Assembly: GCA_977017575.1 (NCBI GenBank)
Contig: CDRNVI010000012.1
Coordinates: 744,001-808,000 of the forward strand
Length of the DNA: 64,000 bases
Reading direction: 5' to 3'
DNA from: Paramoeba atlantica
Lineage: Eukaryota; Protista; Discosea
In this document: positions 44,881-56,945 of the stretch, piece after piece
Layout: each line of letters starts with the position of its first letter
Numbering within the stretch: position 1 is the first letter of the stretch
Notes under the pieces: generated by a model
Database searches by the model: none
Told to the model about the DNA's origin: nothing
Seen by the model: the letters and a program-made list of their open reading frames with translations, nothing else
Translations under genes and position numbers: made by a program

Positions 44881-47800
44881 CATAGCGCTAGCTGCATCTA
44901 ATAGAGTCCTGCAACCTGGGCACAGTAGAGAGTCGGGAAGTTTGGGATGACGAATACCAAGCCTTGGCATCACAGAAAGCGTAAATTGCATTGGAGAGAT
45001 GTATCTTTCGGTGGCGTGTATCCATTGGTAGCTTCCTTTTCTGGACGTCGCTGATATAATTCTACCGATTTTGGGATCTTTACACAGCTCTTCTTTCACT
45101 TGTTTGTGCAACTTGAGATCTACTGCCCCTTCTTCGTCCGGCACTACCCTCGAGATCGACATCCCCAAGTGTCTCCCATCCTGAGCTGAATATACTTTTC
45201 GGCGCTCTAAGGATGCGTGACGAGAAGCTGCATATGGTGTTTCATTGTTGAATTGTTTCCGGTACATTGGACGCATCCCGACACGTGCGTTATCGCATTT
45301 TTTGAGGATAGTAACATTTGACAACCGGGACAATTTAGATGATCCGGCAAGCGGGGATGCGCAATGTCAAATCGCGGCATGATCGCTAGTGTAAAATGGC
45401 GTGGAGATACGAGCCGTGTGCTGGAAGTCAACCAGGTGTAATTACCTTTTTGGCTTGTTGCGCGGATTATTGCTGCCTTTTGCTTATCTTTCATAAGTTC
45501 GCTCCGTGTTTCCTCATGGTATAAAGCTTCCGAGACGGACTCTTCGTTCGGCAGTGTTTGCGAAGAAGTTTCCTCCGCGCGCGATGCACATGCAAGGTTT
45601 CCTGCCAGAGCTGAAAGATGCTTTGGTCGCTCCAGTGCAGTTTGCCTTGATGCTGTGTAGGATGCTTCACGGATGTGTTCATATGCTGTGAGGCCGAGTC
45701 CTCCTTTTTTTAGTGGAAGGCGTGTCCATTTAATTTTCTTGTCGGAAAGATTACCGAACCACGTACGAACGACGCTGGCTACCTCGTGGTCGAATTTTTG
45801 CGTAAGCTTTAATGATTCGTCTGGGTTTTGAACTCTGATGTGATAGCGATGCCGAACATTGATGGATTTTGATAACAGCAAAAGGGAAACATTGCTCGCT
45901 CCCATTTGTTTGAGACGGCGGAATGCTGTGCTTTGTTGAGAATCCTATCGATTACAAGCACAAAGAGGTAAGGAGCAAGCACGTCCCCTTGAAGAATTCC
46001 TGTTTCAATGGGAAAAGAATCCGTATTTCCGTATGGTGTGCGGACTATTCCTTTTAAATTCGAGTACAAGGACATTACCATCCTAGTAAGCGCGGGTCCG
46101 ACATGAAAGGCATTCAATGCAGCACGGATGGCATGAAACGATACCGAGGGAAATGCTTTTGCGAAGTCCATGAATGCCACTGCAATGCCTTTCTTGCCCC
46201 TGGTCGCACGAACTCTTGCATCATTCAAAATGATTTGCGCCCCTGCCGTGGACCTTTCTGGCCGAAAACCAAATTGACTGTCGCGAAGGAGCGGCTCGAT
46301 GGATGGTCTGACTCTTTTCAGGATCATTGCATTCATCAATTTAACCGCACTGTTCACGAGACAGATTGGCCGCCAATTCGCTATTTGTGTCAGGTCGCCT
46401 TTTTTTGGAATAGGCACCTGAAGGACAATTTTCCAGGACGCAGGCGAAACCCCTGTTCGATGAACCTCGTTTATAATATGTAATAAGGATTTTCTCAGCT
46501 CAGCATGTTCTGTGATCATTCTGAGTGCCTCCGCCGGAATTTGGTCTATTCCAGGTGCCTTGTTGCGCGCTAGTCTACTGATGCCGTCCTCGAGCTCTTC
46601 TACAGTGAAACTTTCATCGTTGATTGGTACTTTCGGGCTGACTACTTTGTCAAATTTTATATCTTTATCTCCGCGATCATCGGACCCCATACGAGCAAAG
46701 AAATCTTTAACAAAAGAGTTTCCCTTGTCGACGAGGTCTCGATGCAAAGAGTCTCCCTGTACAAACCGCAAATTCTACGTAGCGTACGCCACGGATTAGA
46801 ACGGTTTCGCCGCAGACCTGCTTCAATTTCGTCGCATTCCTGCCCAATCTGCGCCTCAATTTCTTCTCCGTGCTCTTTTAGCACTTCCTTGAAGTGGTCC
46901 GGTTTTCGACTCTGAAGAAATAAGTCGCGAAACCCTGAGATGCGCAGTGTTTCTGTACCCGGTGGTGTGTTTTCTGTCCCTGTAGGCGCGTTGGTCGTTT
47001 TTGTGGTTCGGTCCATTTTTGAGAGTCTTTTCGCTGTGTGTACCATATTTTCCGATAAGTGTTCCCATGTGATCTCTTCCTCTTTCTTCGCCATTTCCCA
47101 CACTGCTTGCTGGAAGGATGCCTTCCTCTCTTCATCTCCAAGTCTTGGCCAGGGTACCTTGCTTTGTCCCCCTGTACCTTTAGAACGCCTCTTGATTTTC
47201 TTTGGTATGTGGGTCATAGCGCTAGCTGCATCTAATAGAGTCCTGCAACCTGGGCACAGTAGAGAGTCGGGAAGTTTGGGATGACGAATACCAAGCCTTG
47301 GCATCACAGAAAGCGTAAATTGCATTGGAGAGATGTATCTTTCGGTGGCGTGTATCCATTGGTAGCTTCCTTTTCTGGACGTCGCTGATATAATTCTACC
47401 GATTTTGGGATCTTTACACAGCTCTTCTTTCACTTGTTTGTGCAACTTGAGATCTACTGCCCCTTCTTCGTCCGGCACTACCCTCGAGATCGACATCCCC
47501 AAGTGTCTCCCATCCTGAGCTGAATATACTTTTCGGCGCTCTAAGGATGCGTGACGAGAAGCTGCATATGGTGTTTCATTGTTGAATTGTTTCCGGTACA
47601 TTGGACGCATCCCGACACGTGCGTTATCGCATTTTTTGAGGATAGTAACATTTGACAACCGGGACAATTTAGTTGATCCGGCAAGCGGGGATGCACAATG
47701 TCAAATCGCGGCATGATCGCTAGTGTAAAATGGCGTGGAGATACGAGCCGTGTGCTGGAAGTCAACCAGGTGTAATTACCTTTTTGGCTTGTTGCGCGGA

Positions 47801-50599
47801 TTATTGCTGCCTTTTGCTTATCTTTCATAAGTTCGCTCCGTGTTTCCTCATGGTATAAAGCTTCCGAGACGGACTCTTCGTTCGGCAGTGTTTGCGAAGA
47901 AGTTTCCTCCGCGCGCGATGCACATGCAAGGTTTCCTGCCAGAGCTGAAAGATGCTTTGGTCGCTCCAGTGCAGTTTGCCTTGATGCTGTGTAGGATGCT
48001 TCACGGATGTGTTCATATGCTGTGAGGCCGAGTCCTCCTTTTTTTAGTGGAAGGCGTGTCCATTTAATTTTCTTGTCGGAAAGATTACCGAACCACGTAC
48101 GAACGACGCTGGCTACCTCGTGGTCGAATTTTTGCGTAAGCTTTAATGATTCGTCTGGGTTTTGAACTCTGATGTGATAGCGATGCCGAACATTGATGGA
48201 TTTTGATAACAGCAAAAGGGAAACATTGCTCGCTCCCATTTGTTTGAGACGGCGGAATGCTGTGCTTTGTTGAGAATCCTATCGATTACAAGCACAAAGA
48301 GGTAAGGAGCAAGCACGTCCCCTTGAAGAATTCCTGTTTCAATGGGAAAAGAATCCGTATTTCCGTATGGTGTGCGGACTATTCCTTTTAAATTCGAGTA
48401 CAAGGACATTACCATCCTAGTAAGCGCGGGTCCGACATGAAAGGCATTCAATGCAGCACGGATGGCATGAAACGATACCGAGGGAAATGCTTTTGCGAAG
48501 TCCATGAATGCCACTGCAATGCCTTTCTTGCCCCTGGTCGCACGAACTCTTGCATCATTCAAAATGATTTGCGCCCCTGCCGTGGACCTTTCTGGCCGAA
48601 AACCAAATTGACTGTCGCGAAGGAGCGGCTCGATGGATGGTCTGACTCTTTTCAGGATCATTGCATTCATCAATTTAACCGCACTGTTCACGAGACAGAT
48701 TGGCCGCCAATTCGCTATTTGTGTCAGGTCGCCTTTTTTTGGAATAGGCACCTGAAGGACAATTTTCCAGGACGCAGGCGAAACCCCTGTTCGATGAACC
48801 TCGTTTATAATATGTAATAAGGATTTTCTCAGCTCAGCATGTTCTGTGATCATTCTGAGTGCCTCCGCCGGAATTTGGTCTATTCCAGGTGCCTTGTTGC
48901 GCGCTAGTCTACTGATGCCGTCCTCGAGCTCTTCTACAGTGAAACTTTCATCGTTGATTGGTACTTTCGGGCTGACTACTTTGTCAAATTTTATATCTTT
49001 ATCTCCGCGATCATCGGACCCCATACGAGCAAAGAAATCTTTAACAAAAGAGTTTCCCTTGTCGACGAGGTCTCGATGCAAAGAGTCTCCCTGTACAAAC
49101 CGCAAATTCTACGTAGCGTACGCCACGGATTAGAACGGTTTCGCCGCAGACCTGCTTCAATTTCGTCGCATTCCTGCCCAATCTGCGCCTCAATTTCTTC
49201 TCCGTGCTCTTTTAGCACTTCCTTGAAGTGGTCCGGTTTTCGACTCTGAAGAAATAAGTCGCGAAACCCTGAGATGCGCAGTGTTTCTGTACCCGGTGGT
49301 GTGTTTTCTGTCCCTGTAGGCGCGTTGGTCGTTTTTGTGGTTCGGTCCATTTTTGAGAGTCTTTTCGCTGTGTGTACCATATTTTCCGATAAGTGTTCCC
49401 ATGTGATCTCTTCCTCTTTCTTCGCCATTTCCCACACTGCTTGCTGGAAGGATGCCTTCCTCTCTTCATCTCCAAGTCTTGGCCAGGGTACCTTGCTTTG
49501 TCCCCCTGTACCTTTAGAACGCCTCTTGATTTTCTTTGGTATGTGGGTCATAGCGCTAGCTGCATCTAATAGAGTCCTGCAACCTGGGCACAGTAGAGAG
49601 TCGGGAAGTTTGGGATGACGAATACCAAGCCTTGGCATCACAGAAAGCGTAAATTGCATTGGAGAGATGTATCTTTCGGTGGCGTGTATCCATTGGTAGC
49701 TTCCTTTTCTGGACGTCGCTGATATAATTCTACCGATTTTGGGATCTTTACACAGCTCTTCTTTCACTTGTTTGTGCAACTTGAGATCTACTGCCCCTTC
49801 TTCGTCCGGCACTACCCTCGAGATCGACATCCCCAAGTGTCTCCCATCCTGAGCTGAATATACTTTTCGGCGCTCTAAGGATGCGTGACGAGAAGCTGCA
49901 TATGGTGTTTCATTGTTGAATTGTTTCCGGTACATTGGACGCATCCCGACACGTGCGTTATCGCATTTTTTGAGGATAGTAACATTTGACAACCGGGACA
50001 ATTTAGTTGATCCGGCAAGCGGGGATGCACAATGTCAAATCGCGGCATGATCGCTAGTGTAAAATGGCGTGGAGATACGAGCCGTGTGCTGGAAGTCAAC
50101 CAGGTGTAATTACCTTTTTGGCTTGTTGCGCGGATTATTGCTGCCTTTTGCTTATCTTTCATAAGTTCGCTCCGTGTTTCCTCATGGTATAAAGCTTCCG
50201 AGACGGACTCTTCGTTCGGCAGTGTTTGCGAAGAAGTTTCCTCCGCGCGCGATGCACATGCAAGGTTTCCTGCCAGAGCTGAAAGATGCTTTGGTCGCTC
50301 CAGTGCAGTTTGCCTTGATGCTGTGTAGGATGCTTCACGGATGTGTTCATATGCTGTGAGGCCGAGTCCTCCTTTTTTTAGTGGAAGGCGTGTCCATTTA
50401 ATTTTCTTGTCGGAAAGATTACCGAACCACGTACGAACGACGCTGGCTACCTCGTGGTCGAATTTTTGCGTAAGCTTTAATGATTCGTCTGGGTTTTGAA
50501 CTCTGATGTGATAGCGATGCCGAACATTGATGGATTTTGATAACAGCAAAAGGGAAACATTGCTCGCTCCCATTTGTTTGAGACGGCGGAATGCTGTGC
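43594..50599 (-). repeat. Three tandem copies of a 2334-bp chimeric unit (CRE-A / CRE-B / LINE)
   Basis: ORFs recur at offsets of 2334; GTGC microhomology at 43594, 45928, 48262, 50596. Confidence 0.93.
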
Positions 50600-51269
50600 G
50601 ATGTTTCTCAAGCTTCTGGACAAGTTTCTCGCTAACGCGCGCAGTCTCTCCAAGGAAAGCTCCAAGAATCTTGATAACGTCGGCTTCGGCGGTGATGCCG
50701 TGATTATTCAGACTGGACGGCATCGGTATATCGTTCTTGCCGCCAAACCAAACGCATTTTTGTGGTGCCAACTCGATTAACCTGTCGTGCAAAAGGTCGG
50801 CTAGACGCGTATAAGCACTAGACAGAAGATGTGCCTCGGTGGAGACAAGATACGACAGGGATTTCAACTTGAGATTGAAAAGATGTCCGCATACACGGTG
50901 GTATCTCAACTACGTGAGTACATTCCGAAGGATAACTGGATAGGTGGACTTCGCTTCTAGAGGGTCACTAAGTGTGTTCGAATACTCTCTCTCCCCCAGT
51001 CTTCTCTCACTTTGCTTCTTCTTTCTAAAAGTTTACGGATTGAAATTCAGGAGGGATTATATTTGAATAGGGTTTGTTAATAATTATGTACGTGTATGAA
51101 CTGTATGCATTTTCGCGTGAAATTGATTTTATTCTTATGTGACTGTATTAGTGACTATTCTATTTGGGTAAAGCTTCAAAAAAGGCCGCGCTTGCCTTGA
51201 TTGGAGGGGATGTTGTCTTTTTATCTAGCGGTAAGTGTAGGATACCTTGTGGACCCTCAAAAAAAAAAA

Positions 51270-52215
51270 AAAAAAAGACAAGATTAATATCGTCAATGAA
51301 TGCAAAAATGCGAATTCCTGGGAATTCGTCGTGGAGTGTCTCAAGGATCGGTTGTAGGAACGCACAGAACAGAATGGATGATAGAGGCGATCCTTGTCTA
51401 TCTCCTGCAGAACTCTTGAGAATCTTGAACAGTTGCCCATCGCTGCCGTAGTAAAGCAGTTCCGAGGGGACTCCGTATTCGGCGGCGAAAAGTCTTTGGA
51501 AAGGACGCAAAGCATGGAAGGCAAAGACGGCTTTTGCAACATCATCGCGCGAAGGCGAATTGAACGCGTTTTTCATGTCAATAGAGAGAATGGCGCAACC
51601 TTTCATATAGTGTTCGGTAAGCTCGTGGATGACGTGTTCGCATCCGGACTTTATCATCACCCCGTATTGATGCGGTGTGAAAAGAGGAGCCAGTTTCTTC
51701 TCGTGGCGTTGTAGAAGCACAACCTCAGCCAGTTTAAGCCAGACCTCTCCGACCGCTATGGGGCGAACTCCGTTTGATGGTTTAGGAATGGCCACAAGGC
51801 GTGCTCGCTTAAGGCGGTTCATGATTTCTTTGGAAAGTAGTCCGTTGATGAGGTCTGTCATCATATGACAAAGACTCAAACAACAAACTTCGTCATCCAG
51901 CAAAAGGCGCAGAATAGTGTCCGTTGTGCCTGTAGGCCCTGGTGAGGCACCTTTGGCCATTCGCCGCCCAGCTTCTCGTAATTCCAGGGGTGTGATGCAA
52001 GCTGTTAGTGGGGCATCGCTGGGCAGTCGAAAGGTAGTGGCTACTTCCGGATGGAGAAGCTTCAACTTCTCAGCAGTTTCTTCGTCGGATAGGATCCTTT
52101 CTCGAATTTCCTGATCGAGCACTCTGGTTGCTTTCCTCACACAACCGTCTAAGACAAGACTAGTGGCTTTCTTAATCGCACGTTTGTCCTGCTGCTGGTT
52201 CCTGTTCTCATCTAA
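51270..52215 (-). pseudogene. CRE-clade RT fragment
   Basis: GVRPIAVGE, DMKNAFN, RQGSPLS, FIDD. Confidence 0.85.
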
Positions 52216-52972
52216 GTCTTGCGGTTGGGAAGATCCCCACAGGCACAAGAAAGAACTACGCAAAGACCGGTGTCGGCCACGCAGAGACCGGTGGCGGCCA
52301 CGCAGAATCGTACTCAAGCCACGGAAAATACGGCAACAGATCCGTCGTCCCCATTTCAGAAGTTGCCGTCTCCGCTACCGGTTACGAATATTTCCGTTGC
52401 AGAACTCATGTCTCCACAATATTCTTCTCCACCACCCTTTCTGGTAACAGAAGCCACCCCTAGACCCTTGACACCCGGTATCATGTCACCTGATGATGTG
52501 TTAAATGAATTTCTGGATTGCGATAGCCCGCCGACAGCACATGAGCAGCAGAGATTCGAAAAAGAAGATTTGCGAATCACAGATACATCAGGAAATGTAA
52601 ATGCGGTCACCCGGATAGTTCGAGCGCTTTACGCTACGGTGCGGATTGATGTTGACTTCCCCCTGAGCCCAGAACGAATAGCGCAGCAGACGAAAGACGC
52701 TCGACGAGGGAATGAATGCGTAGTTGCATGGAGTTTTGATCGACAGCCCTTGTTGAATATCTCGATTGGAGTGGTGGATTCAGTTAAAACAAGAGCGGGC
52801 ATTCGCAAAATAGCTATCGACTATCAGGGGATTAAGGGTCATCAAGTACAAGAAGCTTTCGTGGGGACCTTACCACCGCAAACGAATGTTAGGATATACA
52901 GAATAGTGTGGATGGATGGACAAGTCGGACCGGAAGCCCAAGGAAATCCTGGCGACTCACCCACTACAAATC
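52215..52972 (+). pseudogene. CRE-clade N-terminal region, continued at 57811..57910
   Basis: CVVAWSFDRQ..LPPQ aligns with 514..4581; in-frame rejoin TTNQSD..DLEPIPTVKSI. Confidence 0.8.
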
Positions 52973-53134
52973 TAGAAGTTCACGGAAGGAAATTTAGGAG
53001 GGGCTTTATAGTGATGAAAATTGGCCGACGGGCATTGTACGTTTTATTTATGAATAGTTTCTATAGTGATACATGGAAATAAATATTTTATATATTTTGA
53101 TAGTAGTCTTCAAGTTTGCTAAGTACTACGAGTT

Positions 53135-54211
53135 ATGTCTGGTATCGTTGATGCGGTGCGACGGGCGGTGTCGATGACACGAGCTGAAAGTCCGCCTCCC
53201 GTCGCTCCTGATCCTCCTGCATCTCGACGTCGAGGGCCACGACGCGAGCGCAGGGATGGAACGCTGAATCCCGAGCAGGTGGAAGACCGCGAGACCCGTG
53301 TAATGACTGATGTCGAAAAAGGAGAGTTCCAAGCTCGAATAGTTGATATTTTGCGAGCGAAGCGAAAGGTTAGGATCAAGGCTGTGTGGGCGGAGCAGGG
53401 AGATGGTTTTCAGCAGGTCGTCGAAGGGTCAGTCTCTTTTAAGTTCCCCAAAAAACGAAACAATGATGAGTTGGTTGCAAAGTGGGATGACGAACCTAAC
53501 AAAAGCTATCCTTTTCCTCATCCGCGAATTCGATATTTTGCCCTTGAGATCGTGAAGGTTGATAGCTGTATGCCGGACGGTATTGAAGACGGTTCCCTCG
53601 CGGCTCAGCAGGCGGAGATGGACCTACGCGCTGTGGTTCCCGATGACCCAAAGAATTTCTCTCTGTACGATCCGACTACGTGGGGACCTTGGTTGAATGC
53701 TGGCGATGAGTTTAAAGCAAGAGATTTGATTAGGGAGCTGCGGGATGCACCCCAGTTAGGAGTCCGATTTAATCCCCCACCGCAACGCGAACGACTGTTT
53801 AAGCTCTTGATCGAATGGATTTATTCTGCCCGTGAGTGGCAGGACTGGCGGGATGGTCATTTTCTAAATATGGCAGTGATAGTTGTAGAAGAGCTTCGCA
53901 GCCACTACTGGGCCGCCGCCGGAGTGGAAGTTGAACGCGTTCATCAAAAGCTGTACAAGGAGGAGAACCCGGGAGACAAATACGGTCAAGCCATGATTGA
54001 AGAGCATTTGCGTGCTACACAGCTAAATCGTACGCGCGGACGGACATTCCGTCAACGAGTCTGTTATAACTGTCGGCAAACTGGACATTTTCGGGCCGAC
54101 TGCCCCGCCTTGAATCGACCGGGTTTCGGGCGAGGGGTGGCAAGCAGCACCGTGACCACCACCGCGGCAACGACGATGCGTGGTGCTCGCGGCGAAAGAC
54201 GGCCTTACTAG
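53135..54211 (+). CDS. Gag-like protein with CCHC knuckle (CYNCRQTGHFRADC)
   Basis: ORF track; homologous to 8313..9716. Confidence 0.88.
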   Translation: MSGIVDAVRRAVSMTRAESPPPVAPDPPASRRRGPRRERRDGTLNPEQVEDRETRVMTDVEKGEFQARIVDILRAKRKVRIKAVWAEQGDGFQQVVEGSVSFKFPKKRNNDELVAKWDDEPNKSYPFPHPRIRYFALEIVKVDSCMPDGIEDGSLAAQQAEMDLRAVVPDDPKNFSLYDPTTWGPWLNAGDEFKARDLIRELRDAPQLGVRFNPPPQRERLFKLLIEWIYSAREWQDWRDGHFLNMAVIVVEELRSHYWAAAGVEVERVHQKLYKEENPGDKYGQAMIEEHLRATQLNRTRGRTFRQRVCYNCRQTGHFRADCPALNRPGFGRGVASSTVTTTAATTMRGARGERRPY

Positions 54212-56945
54212 GAAATGGCCCCCACCCCGAATACTGCTTGTGCCCAGCCGTTGAAACGACGGCGGGTGATTTTATTAAACACGTCCTATCATTCTTCGAG
54301 ACAAGAATTCACGATGCCTCGTGCCGTGCAGCGACAAATTCGTCCATCCAACAACACGATTCGGCAAAACACCTCGACGGTGCACAGTCTGACCGCCAAA
54401 ATCATGAAAGTCGACCCAACCACAGCGACGGGGCGAATAGTGGTAACGGCTGTACAGCCTATGTGGACGCAAGGGACCTGGCTTTCGAGAAGTCGACTAT
54501 GGACGAGGATGGAAGAATTTTGTCGAAAGCAGCGAGTTCCTCTAAACGCCAATTCAGCAATCCAATTCCTTCAAAGCCTACCGGTAGCTACCTCGACACG
54601 TCACAGTTATGTGAAAAGCCTGCAGTCCGTACTCAACCTGATGTCGTACGAAGTGACCCCGCTAAAATTGTACTCAAGAGCTCTTCAAGCCCAAGGCGCA
54701 CTGGAGCCACAAAGGCAGATGCTGCCCGTCACGCCTTATTTACTAAAGAAGCTAGCTTGTCGAGTGACAGCGCCGGAATGGATGGCGATACTAATTTGTT
54801 GGAAGGCGGCAGCCAGGTGGACAGAGGTTGCGCAGCTAACAAAAGTGAACTTTGTGCTAATACATCCGGAAGAAATTGTCATTTATTGGGGAAGGACGAC
54901 GAAAAGTACGCGACTCAATCCATATCGACCGTACCTATACGCAATCATCACCGGCGAGGGTACACAAGAATTGGCAAGCTACCTGATCAATCTACCCCAA
55001 CGTCAACCAGTATGCCGAACGAATGTGCGACAGATGGATCTTCACATGCGAAACATACTGGGAAACGGTTATGGCACTCATTCCATCAAAAGGGGGCAGT
55101 CACGTACCTGTTCCATCAGGTAGCTTTAGGACGAGTCACGCTGGCAGAGGTTCAAAATTTGACCAAGCACATGAACGTGGAATCCTTGCTGAGGTACAAC
55201 GCGAGCAATCTGACAACGGCTCGCGCACTCGGGACTCAAAAAGTGACTGCGTGCTTAACACTCCACTAGGAAGCAGCGACTCGCGAGGAAGGGTCCAGGG
55301 AATAGGATACTCTCTGTCGGTGGTAGGTCCTTCTTCTAAGCTGACTGGTATCGATTTGGAACAATGCTTCAAGGAAGTGCCGTATCTGAAGAGGCATTCC
55401 ATAATTCATGCGCGCCGATCTTCTCGGGTGGCCACAGCTACCGACATGCATCTTCCTTTGCAAGTGAAAACAGAAACCCCGACTATGAATTTGCAGCTAA
55501 TTCAGGAATATATGAATCCGAGCGCACGGCAGCGTTTCAAAAACGTTCTTCAAGAGCTCTTCTGGGTACCTCTTCAACCTGATTCAGAACCTACGAAACA
55601 GTCAGAAGTGCAGGAGCAGGACTTACAGGCTTTGCTGCAGGCTGGGGTGATTGAGCGAGTGGACAAGAAGGGGGAAAAAAGGTTTCCTACAAGACAATTC
55701 ATAATTCCTTTCTCGGTAGTAGAGAGTGATGATGAGGGCCGGCAGCGCCGCAGATTTATCGCATGGACCAAATCGGACAATACAAGGCTGAAGGGCTACT
55801 CTCCGGAAGTGCCTCTGTGGCATCCATCTAAGTATTTATATAGAGTACACGACGAAGTCGGACTTAAGCGAGATCTCCGTTGTGGATTTTATCAGGTTGC
55901 CGTTCCGGTTCAAGCGCGACGGAAATTTCGGTTTACGTCAGCGGCAGGGGAATTGTTCCAAATGAAAGTTATGCCGATGGGGCATCGCTACACCCCAGAA
56001 ATTATGAACACCGTCACTGCAGTTTTGGCAGGTGACTCTCGCGTATGTTCGGCGACGAGATCGTTTGGTGTAGGAGAATGTGACGTCTACGTGGATGGCA
56101 TCCGCTTTGTGGGCACGGATGCTGAGGCGAATAAGTTCGCTAGCTTTGTGGATACCCGATGCCGGGTCGTCGGAGGGGCTTTCAAGGATGTGGGCAAACC
56201 TCCGCAGAAGCAATACGTCTTCAACGGCGTGCGCTATGATCACGGGATGCATCGGGTAGCTTTGGGTCTGAAGGTAGTGTCGAAGCTCGCAACCGATCAA
56301 TTTCATCACCCGACTTTTATAGATCTGGAGGCGACGGTGGGGCGTCTCATATACTGTTCTTCAGTAGTCGGAATTGTGATCCCTAAATATCATTTCGCTC
56401 TAAAGATTGTGCAACGACGCATCAATCTTCTTAATCGGTGCCCGTGGATCGGATACAAGGAGGTCAGCTTACCTATCAAGACGCGTGCCATGCTGGCAGA
56501 ATGGCGCAACGAGATTCTGAACAACGTTCCCATAGTTCCATCACCTCATCCTGACATGGCGCCGCATCAGCATCGTCTTTATACGGATGCCTCAGCAAAG
56601 GGCTGGGGTGCTATTTTGTATCTTGATCAAGGCGAGGTCTTGATTGCCGGAGGTCCGTGGGAAAGAGGCACTGAGTACGAGGTTAATCATGCGGAGGCAA
56701 AAGCAGTCCGCTTCGCGCTTGAAAAATTTGCGGAACATTTTCCACGAGGAACCTGCCTGGATCTATTCGTGGACAATACGTCCTGTGAGGCAGCGGTTAA
56801 CCGACGTATGACCTCTTCGACAAATATTGCTCATGAATTAGAACAAGTTCTTACACATTGCAAATCTCTGGGAATATGTGTACAAGCGCGATATATTCGC
56901 TCAGAAGATAACCCCGCTGATCCGATCAGCCGAATGGAAATGTGA
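54121..56945 (+). CDS. Pol (overprinted linker + RT + RNase H), predicted to be entered by -1 frameshift from gag
   Basis: Frame open from 54070 once the G-run is corrected; RDLRCGFYQV, YVDG, YTDAS, FVDNTS. Confidence 0.75.
54215..55269 (+). CDS. Tyrosine recombinase; one base missing in a G-run at about 55092
   Basis: AARWTE, GTHSIKRG, then AVTYLF..KH..LLRY in the next frame. Confidence 0.88.

Noticed and set aside
55085-55100. Frame change inside YR of element 3 as programmed frameshifting
   Set aside because: Elements 2 and 4 encode HSxKRGA in one frame. A single missing G in a G-run explains it (mutation or homopolymer sequencing error). The same applies to the G-run shift near 14970.
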